DNA of 35,414 nucleotides from an uncultured Bacilli bacterium (GTDB lineage Bacteria; Bacillota_I; Bacilli_A; RF39; UBA660): NCBI GenBank assembly GCA_947591175.1, contig CANQDB010000002.1, positions 1 to 35,414 of the forward strand, read 5' to 3'. Shown piece by piece: positions 17,678 to 25,201 of this stretch (position 1 is its first letter; each line of letters starts with the position of its first letter). The notes under the pieces were generated by a model. It saw only the letters and a program-made list of their open reading frames with translations, ran no database searches and was not told where the DNA came from. The position numbers and the translations under genes were made by a program.

Positions 17678-18322
17678 CTACTTTCTATCTTCTAAAGTAT
17701 ACTTCTTTACTTTCTCTAAAAAATCACTATTTTGTTTAGCCAAAGGAAGATAATTATTCCATCTCTCATCGAGAGAAAAAACTCTATTTCCTTTATTTGA
17801 TTTAACTTTTAAAAGTGGTAACTCTAAATACGATGTTACTTCGACAAAAGGCGGTAAAAGTTCCTTTCGTTGTTTTATTTTAATATCTTTTTCTTTTAAT
17901 AGTTCGAGTGTTTCTTGAAAACTGCCTTCGGCATCCAGCAATCTTTCTAAATCTAAATATTCATCGACTCTTTTTTCATCAGCCATTTGATATAGTAAAT
18001 GATAATATAATAATATTTCACTCAAAAATATAAACCCAGGATATGATGTAAATTTCGGTGTTGGTAAACAATAATCTTTGTCTTTACCATGTAAATAGTA
18101 AAATGACCAGGGATTTCTTTGAATTTGTTCAATAATTTCAAGTGGTAAAAAGGCTTCTCCATATAAGGGTATCCTTTTTTGTCTAGTACTTTCGGAAGGA
18201 TTTAAAATAAGGCAAGGCTCTAAAAAAGAGGCTTCCTTGGGGAATGTAAAATTAGCTATTTTCTTAAGTGATAACTTATTTACTTCCAAAGTATCATTTT
18301 TTAAAATAGGAAAATAATACAT
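17678..18322 (-). CDS. hypothetical protein
   Basis: 214-aa ORF with a GAAGGTG RBS. No motif I recognise. Lies 9 nt upstream of tcdA, so likely the same operon. Confidence 0.6.
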   Translation of the reverse strand: MYYFPILKNDTLEVNKLSLKKIANFTFPKEASFLEPCLILNPSESTRQKRIPLYGEAFLPLEIIEQIQRNPWSFYYLHGKDKDYCLPTPKFTSYPGFIFLSEILLYYHLLYQMADEKRVDEYLDLERLLDAEGSFQETLELLKEKDIKIKQRKELLPPFVEVTSYLELPLLKVKSNKGNRVFSLDERWNNYLPLAKQNSDFLEKVKKYTLEDRK

Positions 18323-18380
18323 CTTTTACACCTTCTTGCTACCAACATCATTATACCCTAAAATACTTATTTTGAGCAAT

Positions 18381-18598
18381 AAAAAGCGAGCGTTTTGCTC
18401 GTTTTAGTCTTTCTTAAGTCCAAAGGGTCGATGTTATCAACGATAAAACCTGCACCCATGTACAGGTGGGTGTTCATACGCTACCATTAGGATCCCTAGT
18501 CGATTAGGAAAAGGTATTCAACACCGGTAACTGATCCGAACTCCCGTATCGTTATTTTAGTCGGTTTTATATTGGATAACAAACGTATCCCTCTAGAC
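18381..18598 (-). ncRNA. ssrS: structured RNA of about 215 nt with its own promoter and terminator; candidate 6S RNA (ssrS)
   Basis: Locally GC-rich. 5' GUCUAGAGGG pairs with 3' CCCUUUGGAC (10 bp including 2 G-U). Then UGUUAUC/GAUAACA (7 bp) and AUAAAACC/GGUUUUAU (8 bp) form a rod of about 181 nt. The rod closes on a large internal loop, with a CACCCA/UGGGUG hairpin on its 3' side. Terminator CGAGC-AAAAC-GCUCG + U5. B. subtilis bsrA lies beside yrvM(tcdA), as I recall. Confidence 0.5.
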
Positions 18599-18604
18599 AC
18601 TTCT

Positions 18605-18632
18605 ATTATATCATAGTTTACTGATTTGTATA
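18605..18632 (-). promoter_or_regulatory. promoter of the structured RNA
   Basis: Minus strand TATACA-16-TGaTATAAT (extended -10). Confidence 0.5.
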
Positions 18633-18703
18633 CTATTTTTTCTAGATTTGTCGTTTAGGAACAAACCAATAATTAAATTCATAGATTATTATAGGTGAAA
18701 ATA

Positions 18704-19465
18704 ATGTATTTTGATTATCAAGATATTTCGCTATATTATGAAAAATTAGGTACAAATAAAGATAAGGTAATTCTTATACTTCCAGGTTGGGGTGATACGA
18801 GAAAGACTTTTAATAATCTTGCGTCTGCTTTACAAAATGAATATACAGTCTATTTATTCGATTATCCAGGATTCGGGAACACTAAGTTCACTTCACATGA
18901 TTTAACTATTTATGATTATGCTCTTCTTATAAAAGAGTTCATAGAGCAAGAGAAAATAGATAAACCTATTCTTTTAGGCCATTCATTTGGTGGTAGAATT
19001 GCTATTCTTTTAAAGGCTTATTATAAAGTACCAATTGAAAAGATAATCTTAATGGATAGTGCAGGAGTCATTCCTAAGAAAACTCTATGGCAAAAGTTTA
19101 AAGGTAAACTCTATCAATTATTAAAGAAACTTGGTAATATATTCCCATCAATTCTTAAAAAGAAGTATCAAGAGGCATTATTACAAAGATTTGGTTCTAC
19201 TGATTATAAAAATTTACCAGTCGATATGCGTAAGACTTTTCAAAATGTCGTCAAAGAAGACTTAGTCCCCTATCTTAAAGATATAGATGTTCCAACACTA
19301 TTAATATGGGGTGAAAAGGACGATATAACTCCTCTAAGCGATGGTCAAAGGATGAAGAAAGAGATTCCTGATAGTGGTCTTGTTTTAATCAAAGAAAAAG
19401 GGCACTTTCCATATATAGAAGAACCCTATTATGTGTATTTAATTATTGCGACCTTTTTAAAATAA
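18704..19465 (+). CDS. alpha/beta-fold hydrolase
   Basis: Nucleophile elbow GHSFGG and a C-terminal GHFP histidine region. ATG at 18704 (AGGTG 6 nt upstream) preferred over the track GTG at 18695. Confidence 0.8.
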   Translation: MYFDYQDISLYYEKLGTNKDKVILILPGWGDTRKTFNNLASALQNEYTVYLFDYPGFGNTKFTSHDLTIYDYALLIKEFIEQEKIDKPILLGHSFGGRIAILLKAYYKVPIEKIILMDSAGVIPKKTLWQKFKGKLYQLLKKLGNIFPSILKKKYQEALLQRFGSTDYKNLPVDMRKTFQNVVKEDLVPYLKDIDVPTLLIWGEKDDITPLSDGQRMKKEIPDSGLVLIKEKGHFPYIEEPYYVYLIIATFLK

Positions 19466-19470
19466 TATTA

Positions 19471-20988
19471 TCAAACATCTCCCCTAAAAATAGTCATTTC
19501 ACTTTGACGTTCTTGATTTTTATCAAGACCTATAATTCCTTCATTTTCATCAGCAAGACAATTACAAAACATCTCATCAACATCTGTTTCTTCTTGAATT
19601 ATCCATCCACTTATATCAATCGAGGCTAATTGGCTACAGCTAATGAACATTTCAGACATATCAGTTACACTTGATGTGTCCCAATTTTCGATTCCTGTAA
19701 TTGTACTTAATTGTTCACAATAGGAGAACATAGCAGACATATCAGTTACACTTGATGTGTCCCAATTTTCGATTCCTGTAATTGTACTTAATTGTTCACA
19801 ATAGTAGAACATATAAGACATATTTGTTACTTTAGATGTGTTGAAGTTATTAAATTCTATTTTTTGTAAATAGTAAAATGTTTCTTCATAATCACCGCTA
19901 AACATATATGCGGATATTGGATTAGCATAAATGTCTCCTCTCGATTGAATGATTACTTTCTTTGGGTTTTCTGGAATATCTGCCATTTTAGTTGCTTTTA
20001 TATTTGTTTGATTACCTAAATTAATTAAAGTATTTGTTTTACTTATTTCCAACGATTTATTAGATAGTCGTTTTGCTTCTGTATCTGGAACTAAATAAGC
20101 CATTATACTTCCATCTTGCTCTTCTGATACATCCCATTCTTGTTCTGGATCTAATGGAGCAACACTACTCTTTTCAAATACGATACTTGTTATTTGGTCT
20201 TTTAATTCAGAAGTATGAAAATCCACTTCTTCTTCAATTGGACCATATGCTCCATACTCATCATTATATACTGCCCATGAACGAATGTAGTTTGGTGGGG
20301 CTATTGGTGGTGGTAATGTTTCATTTGAAGCATAGACATTAACTCTTACTGTAAAACTCTTTCCGCCATATATCCAGTTTCCTTCTTCATCTGTTCCGCT
20401 TGCATTTTCATTTACCCACATTCTATATCTATATGTCTTTGTATAATCTGTTTGATTATCAGGTACAGTATCTTGTAATAAAGTCTTTCCATTGCCGGCT
20501 TCTTTTACTGGTGGCTCTTGACTTATCCATAGTTTATTGTATTGATTGATATCTTTTTTTGTCCATTCATTTGTTATTGCAGACTCAGTTTCAATATCTC
20601 CACCTTTAGTTGGTACAGAACTTAGATATGTGTTTACTGTCTTTTCATCCAAAGTAGAGCTATCATCTTTCGTTAAATAAACTTCATAATTGATAGCTGA
20701 ACCACTAGTCGTAGCTCTTATTTGGAATTCAAACATACCTTGTCCTTCTTGTAATTTACCTTTCTCATCAGAGACAGGATAAGCATTTTGAATAGCAATG
20801 CTATTATCAGGTATATCACTTAATTCATCATAAATAAAATATAGTCTACCTGTTGTTAAGACGTTTTCTTGTTGTCCTTGCCTAGTATAAGTAAAGAAGG
20901 CATAAGTTCCTCCTATCGTTAAGAGAACTAAACCTAATACTAAAACTAGTATCAATATTTTCTTCTTTTGATTGTTTTTTTCTTCCAT
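19471..20988 (-). CDS. secreted/surface protein: SipW-type signal peptide, TasA/camelysin-like N-terminal segment, C-terminal DUF285 (BspA-like) repeats
   Basis: Signal peptide ends IGGTYAFFTY (compare TasA GGGTWAAFND), followed by NVLTTGRLYF. The C-terminus has repeated NWDTSSVTDMSxMF..C.QL units typical of DUF285. Confidence 0.8.
   Translation of the reverse strand: MEEKNNQKKKILILVLVLGLVLLTIGGTYAFFTYTRQGQQENVLTTGRLYFIYDELSDIPDNSIAIQNAYPVSDEKGKLQEGQGMFEFQIRATTSGSAINYEVYLTKDDSSTLDEKTVNTYLSSVPTKGGDIETESAITNEWTKKDINQYNKLWISQEPPVKEAGNGKTLLQDTVPDNQTDYTKTYRYRMWVNENASGTDEEGNWIYGGKSFTVRVNVYASNETLPPPIAPPNYIRSWAVYNDEYGAYGPIEEEVDFHTSELKDQITSIVFEKSSVAPLDPEQEWDVSEEQDGSIMAYLVPDTEAKRLSNKSLEISKTNTLINLGNQTNIKATKMADIPENPKKVIIQSRGDIYANPISAYMFSGDYEETFYYLQKIEFNNFNTSKVTNMSYMFYYCEQLSTITGIENWDTSSVTDMSAMFSYCEQLSTITGIENWDTSSVTDMSEMFISCSQLASIDISGWIIQEETDVDEMFCNCLADENEGIIGLDKNQERQSEMTIFRGDV
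19653..19814. repeat. two near-identical 81-bp tandem copies inside the DUF285 repeat array
   Basis: 19653-19733 and 19734-19814 are identical for 71 consecutive nt, with a few mismatches at the unit ends. Each encodes the 27-aa unit NWDTSSVTDMSAMFSYCEQLSTITGIE. Confidence 0.9.
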
Positions 20989-21018
20989 TTAAAAATCAAC
21001 TCCCTCTATGTTAATTAC

Positions 21019-21050
21019 ATTATAATCTAAACATACCCCCCCCCAGTCAA
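21019..21050 (-). promoter_or_regulatory. candidate promoter of the DUF285 gene with a G9 homopolymer in the spacer
   Basis: Minus strand TTGACT-GGGGGGGGG-tatgtttagat-TATAAT, giving a 20-nt spacer. On the plus strand this is a C9 run at 21036-21044. Confidence 0.5.
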
Positions 21051-21057
21051 GTAAATT

Positions 21058-21084
21058 CAAAAAAATACCTGTCAATTTGACAGG
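21058..21084 (-). terminator. intrinsic terminator of glyQS
   Basis: Minus strand CCTGTCA-aat-TGACAGG followed by TATTTTTTT. Confidence 0.7.
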
Positions 21085-21094
21085 CAATTTGTAC

Positions 21095-22468
21095 TTATTC
21101 GAACTTAATTCGTTCTTCAATATAATTTACTACTTTATCGAGTGGTAAAGTAATTTGTTCCATTGTATCACGATCTCTTATCGTTACAGTGTTTTCATTG
21201 ATAGTATTATCGTCAATCGTAATAGCAAATGGTGTACCAATAGCATCTTGTCTTCGATAACGTTTACCGATGTTACCGGTTTCATCATAACTAGTTGGAA
21301 AATGTTTACTTAGCATCGTATAAATTTCTGTAGCTTTTTCACTATGGAATTTCTTAACGAGCGGAAGGACTGCTACCTTATATGGAGCAAGGAATGGATG
21401 AATATGCATAACTTCTCTAGTTGTACCATCTTTTAAAGTTTCTTCGTCGTAGGCATTATCTAAAATGGCTAAAACTAAGCGATCACATCCGACAGTTGAC
21501 TCGATAATATATGGAATAAATTTCTCGTTTGTTTCAGGATCTAAATAGGCTTGAGATTCACTAGAATACTCTTGGTGACGACTCAAATCGTAGTTAGTTC
21601 TATTATGGGTTCCATTGATTTCACCCCAACCGAAGTTAAACTCATATTCGATATCGCAGGCTTCTTTGGCATAATGAGCTAACTTCTCATGATCATGATA
21701 ACGTAGTTTATTTTCAGGAATTCCTAAATCCATAAAGTATTTCTTAGCATACTCTTTGAAATAGTCATAAAGGTCACTATCAGTTCCTTCTTTACAAAAG
21801 GTCTGATATTCCATCTGTTCGAATTCAATCGTTCTAAAAGTAAAGTTACCTGGAGTTATCTCATTACGGAAGGCCTTACCTACTTGGCCGATACTAAATG
21901 GAAGTTTTGCTCGCATTGAACGTTGGACATTTAAGAAGTTAACGTACTCTCCTTGGGCGTTTTCGGGGCGAAGATAAATTTTATTTTTACTATCTTCTGT
22001 TACACCACGATAGGTTTCGAACATCAAGTTAAATTGTCTAATCGGTGTGAAATCACTTTTACCACATTTTGGACAAGGTACTTTATGTTCTATAACGTAG
22101 TTCATCATTTCTTCCTGGGTCATGCCGTCCGCATGGGCGGTCGAGTCAAAGTCATCGATTAAATTATCGACCCGGTGTCTTGCTTTACAATGTTTACAAT
22201 CGATTAAAGGATCTGAGAAACTTGCGACATGTCCACTTGCTTCCCAAACTCTTGGATGCATTAGAATTGCGGCATCAACTTCGTAAGCATTAGGACGTTC
22301 TTGAATAAAACGTTTGCGCCATGTATCTTTAATATTATTTTTAATTCTACTTCCTAAAGGACCGTAATCCCAAGTATTAGCAAGTCCTCCATAGATTTCA
22401 CTTCCCTGGAAGATAAAACCGTACTGTTTACAATAATTAACTAATTTTTCCATCGATAATTTTGTCAT
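21095..22468 (-). CDS. glyQS: glycine--tRNA ligase (homodimeric GlyQS type)
   Basis: 457 aa. N-terminus LVNYCKQYGFIFQGSEIYGGLANTWDYGPLG is diagnostic. Confidence 0.95.
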   Translation of the reverse strand: MTKLSMEKLVNYCKQYGFIFQGSEIYGGLANTWDYGPLGSRIKNNIKDTWRKRFIQERPNAYEVDAAILMHPRVWEASGHVASFSDPLIDCKHCKARHRVDNLIDDFDSTAHADGMTQEEMMNYVIEHKVPCPKCGKSDFTPIRQFNLMFETYRGVTEDSKNKIYLRPENAQGEYVNFLNVQRSMRAKLPFSIGQVGKAFRNEITPGNFTFRTIEFEQMEYQTFCKEGTDSDLYDYFKEYAKKYFMDLGIPENKLRYHDHEKLAHYAKEACDIEYEFNFGWGEINGTHNRTNYDLSRHQEYSSESQAYLDPETNEKFIPYIIESTVGCDRLVLAILDNAYDEETLKDGTTREVMHIHPFLAPYKVAVLPLVKKFHSEKATEIYTMLSKHFPTSYDETGNIGKRYRRQDAIGTPFAITIDDNTINENTVTIRDRDTMEQITLPLDKVVNYIEERIKFE

Positions 22469-22477
22469 AACGTCCTC

Positions 22478-23902
22478 CTAATATTGGATATCCCAAACGA
22501 CTAGGTGTTTAGCAGGCTTTCCACATACCACACACTTATCGTCAATTGGTTTCTCATTTTCTAAAATACAACGTGATTTTGTACCTTTGATTTCTTTCAT
22601 TTTAAGTTCACATTCAGGATCGCCACACCACATAGCCTTGACGAAACCTGGATGATTATTCATAATCTTTTCTACTTCACTATAATTATGGGCTTCGTAA
22701 GTAAACTCTTCTCTTCTTTCTTTGGCTCTATCATACATATCTTTTTGGATAGTATCTAATAGTTCGATAACTTTTGAAGAGATATCACTTTCTTTGGCTA
22801 CTTCTATTTTTTCTCTCGTGTCTCTTCGAACAAGGGTAATTTTACCTTCTTGTAGGTCACGGTCCCCTACTTCGATACGGACTGGAATTCCGTTTACTTC
22901 GGCTTCCGCAAATTTAAAGCCAGCAGATTTGTCACTATGGTCGACACTTACGGTAAGGCCTTTATCTTTAAGATCTTTTTCTAATGTAGAAACATAGGCA
23001 CTAACTGTTTCACTTTCCTTAATTGGAATAATAATTACTTGTTTAGGAGCAATCTTAGGTGGCAAAACTAAACCATTATCGTCACTATGAACCATGATTA
23101 GTCCACCAATCATTCTAGTTGAAACACCCCAAGATGTCTGATAAGCGTACTGCCACTCATTATTTCTATCTAAGAATTTAATATTGTAGGCTTTCGAAAA
23201 TTTTTGTCCGAAATAGTGACTAGTTCCCGATTGTAAAGATACACCATTATACATCATGGCTTCGACAGTTAAAGTGTATTCTGCACCCGCAAATTTTTCT
23301 TTTTCCGTTTTCTTACCGGTAATTACAGGGATAGCTAGATATTCTTCAAAGAACTTTCTATAAATATCGAGCATAAGTCTTGTCTCTTGTTCGGCCTCTT
23401 CACTAGTCTCGTGAATCGTGTGTCCTTCTTGCCATAGGAACTCTCTACTTCTTAAGAATGGACGAGTTTCTTTTTCCCAACGTAAAACGTTACACCATTG
23501 ATTATATTTAACTGGCAAATCCCGGTAACTTTTAACTATAGTACTGTAATAGTCACTAAATAGGGTTTCGGAAGTTGGACGAATACACATTCTTTCGTCT
23601 AAATCCTTCTCTCCTCCTTTAGTAACCCACGCTACTTCTGGAGCAAAGCCATTAATTAAATCACTTTCTTTACGCATTAAGTTTTCAGGGATTAGTAAAG
23701 GCATACAAATATTTTGATGTCCTGTTTCTTTGAACATTTCATCTAGTGTCTTTTGAATCTTTTCCCAAATAGCATAGCCATTAGGTTCCATAACAATACA
23801 ACCTTTAACGTTGGAATAGGCTGCTAAGTGCGCTGCTTGAACGACATCTGTATACCATTTAGCAAAATCTTCATCACGGGAAGTAATACTTTTATTTTTC
23901 AT
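22478..23902 (-). CDS. proS: proline--tRNA ligase (archaeal/eukaryote-like short form with C-terminal zinc-binding domain)
   Basis: 474 aa. Has FAKWYTDVV..., class II motifs and a C-terminal CGDPECE...CVVCGKPA. Lies 9 nt upstream of glyQS. Confidence 0.93.
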   Translation of the reverse strand: MKNKSITSRDEDFAKWYTDVVQAAHLAAYSNVKGCIVMEPNGYAIWEKIQKTLDEMFKETGHQNICMPLLIPENLMRKESDLINGFAPEVAWVTKGGEKDLDERMCIRPTSETLFSDYYSTIVKSYRDLPVKYNQWCNVLRWEKETRPFLRSREFLWQEGHTIHETSEEAEQETRLMLDIYRKFFEEYLAIPVITGKKTEKEKFAGAEYTLTVEAMMYNGVSLQSGTSHYFGQKFSKAYNIKFLDRNNEWQYAYQTSWGVSTRMIGGLIMVHSDDNGLVLPPKIAPKQVIIIPIKESETVSAYVSTLEKDLKDKGLTVSVDHSDKSAGFKFAEAEVNGIPVRIEVGDRDLQEGKITLVRRDTREKIEVAKESDISSKVIELLDTIQKDMYDRAKERREEFTYEAHNYSEVEKIMNNHPGFVKAMWCGDPECELKMKEIKGTKSRCILENEKPIDDKCVVCGKPAKHLVVWDIQY

Positions 23903-24050
23903 TTTCTTTTCCTCCTAGAAAAATAAAAAGACCCTTATCTTGTGTAGAGACGGTCTAATTTCCGCGGTTCCACTCTACTTATTCGATTAAGAATCCCTCA
24001 TTTCGTATTGCTGCTAGGTTTCCAAGCCCGTCATCGCATTCATTACTAAC
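23903..24050 (-). promoter_or_regulatory. T-box leader upstream of proS-glyQS
   Basis: Minus strand AAGUAGAGUGGAACCGCGGAAA (plus 23962-23976) matches the T-box core GGGUGGNACCGCG. UGCGAUGA resembles the start of Stem I. A weak terminator AGACC..GGUCU + U-run lies just before the RBS AGGAGG. Stem I is unusually short. Confidence 0.6.
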
Positions 24051-24124
24051 ATTTTATTATATTCTTGTTCATTCGTCAAGAGAATTACTTTATGTATTTG
24101 TCTATATACAATAGGTTTACTTTA

Positions 24125-24580
24125 TCAAGCAACTTCACTTTTGACGTTTTGAATATCCGAATTTAAATACAATATTTCATTATTAGTCATATGAACAATT
24201 CTCTGCTCATCAACTCCATATTTTTCTTGATAATATCTATATTCATTTAAAAGATCTTTCAATTTATCTCTAGACAATTTCTTTGTTGTTTTTCTTGCAT
24301 TTTTTAATTCTTCTATCTTATCAATCGTTAATTTTGTGTTTAATTGTGCGTAACTATCTTCATAAATATCTTTTTCGTTAGGATTATTTGAATTTATATA
24401 GTAGTTATACTTGTGATATAACTGATGCATTTTACCTTTTGTCGAATCTAAAGCAATTACTTCTATATAATCTTCTTCGATTTTAGCAATTAACATAGGA
24501 TGCTTTACTTCTGAAACAATATCTATTTGATACTTAACTTTAAGCCACAATACTTGTCCTACTTCAAGTTTATCATTCAT
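24125..24580 (-). CDS. divergent MazF/PemK-like toxin candidate with C-terminal helical extension
   Basis: GQVLWLKV...HPMLIAKIEEDYIEVIALDS and DSYAQLNTKLTIDKIEEL parallel B. subtilis NdoA GDVYFADL...RPVLVIQ and DSVILLEQIRTIDKQRL. Overlaps the upstream gene by 4 nt (ATGA). Confidence 0.5.
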   Translation of the reverse strand: MNDKLEVGQVLWLKVKYQIDIVSEVKHPMLIAKIEEDYIEVIALDSTKGKMHQLYHKYNYYINSNNPNEKDIYEDSYAQLNTKLTIDKIEELKNARKTTKKLSRDKLKDLLNEYRYYQEKYGVDEQRIVHMTNNEILYLNSDIQNVKSEVA

Positions 24581-25065
24581 AAATGAAGTGCTTCTATAAG
24601 TCCTTTGTAGCGATGTTTATATTCATCAATATTTTTTTCTAAATTCATTACTGGGGCATGAAAAGTATCTTTACTTAATTCTATCCATTCTGGATCTTCA
24701 TGGGTTATTTCGATAAGTTCTTCATAAGAAGCATTTATCAAAGAATCGTATATTTTATCTAAGAAAGTTTTTATATTCGAAGGAATACTAACTTTTTCAT
24801 TACGAGCAAACATAATAGGAAAACCTTTTCTAATACAGTCTATAATTGGTCCATTTTCATAAGCAACAAAGTCATCCTTAATTAGTTTCTTTTCATATTT
24901 GGCTAGATAAATGACTTGCGTTAAAAATAAATATTTATTAAGTCTAGCGTTTCCTTCATAAAACTTTCGATGATTCTTAACGACAACATGATTGTTAAAC
25001 AATATTCTTTCAGGATCTTTTGATAAATAATATTTAGCAATAGTTTCTGCGTCCATTTTTTTCAC
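24577..25065 (-). CDS. Panacea/DUF4065 (SocA-like) domain protein, candidate antitoxin
   Basis: ARLNKYLFLTQVIYLAKYEKKLIKDDFVAYENGPIIDCI fits the DUF4065 pattern (L.K.L...Q...... F.AW..GPV). 162 aa. It is the first gene of a two-gene overlapping pair. Confidence 0.6.
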   Translation of the reverse strand: MKKMDAETIAKYYLSKDPERILFNNHVVVKNHRKFYEGNARLNKYLFLTQVIYLAKYEKKLIKDDFVAYENGPIIDCIRKGFPIMFARNEKVSIPSNIKTFLDKIYDSLINASYEELIEITHEDPEWIELSKDTFHAPVMNLEKNIDEYKHRYKGLIEALHL

Positions 25066-25162
25066 CTCTCTTACTTATAATTCTTTTAAAAGCAATTCAA
25101 AGATAGTTATTCAAAATATATGAATTCTTTTTTACAAATGTACAAAAATATTTAGTAAAATT

Positions 25163-25191
25163 ACTATATCATACAAAGGTTTGTAAGTCAA
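25163..25191 (-). promoter_or_regulatory. strong sigma-A-like promoter of the TA-like pair
   Basis: Minus strand TTGACT-17-TGaTATAGT. The leader of about 90 nt contains TTTTTGTACATTTGTAAAAAA (TGTACA palindrome / ACAAA direct repeat), a possible operator. Confidence 0.55.
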
Positions 25192-25201
25192 TGATTTTAA
25201 T

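Noticed and set aside
18381-18598. Riboswitch interpretation of the structured RNA: guanidine-I/ykkC because of ACUAGGGAUCC, or a T-box or TPP element.
   Set aside because: The other conserved ykkC blocks are absent or in the wrong order. There is no GGUGGNACCGCG T-box core and no CUGAGA/ACCUGA TPP signature. The end-to-end rod architecture fits 6S better, although a novel leader is not excluded.
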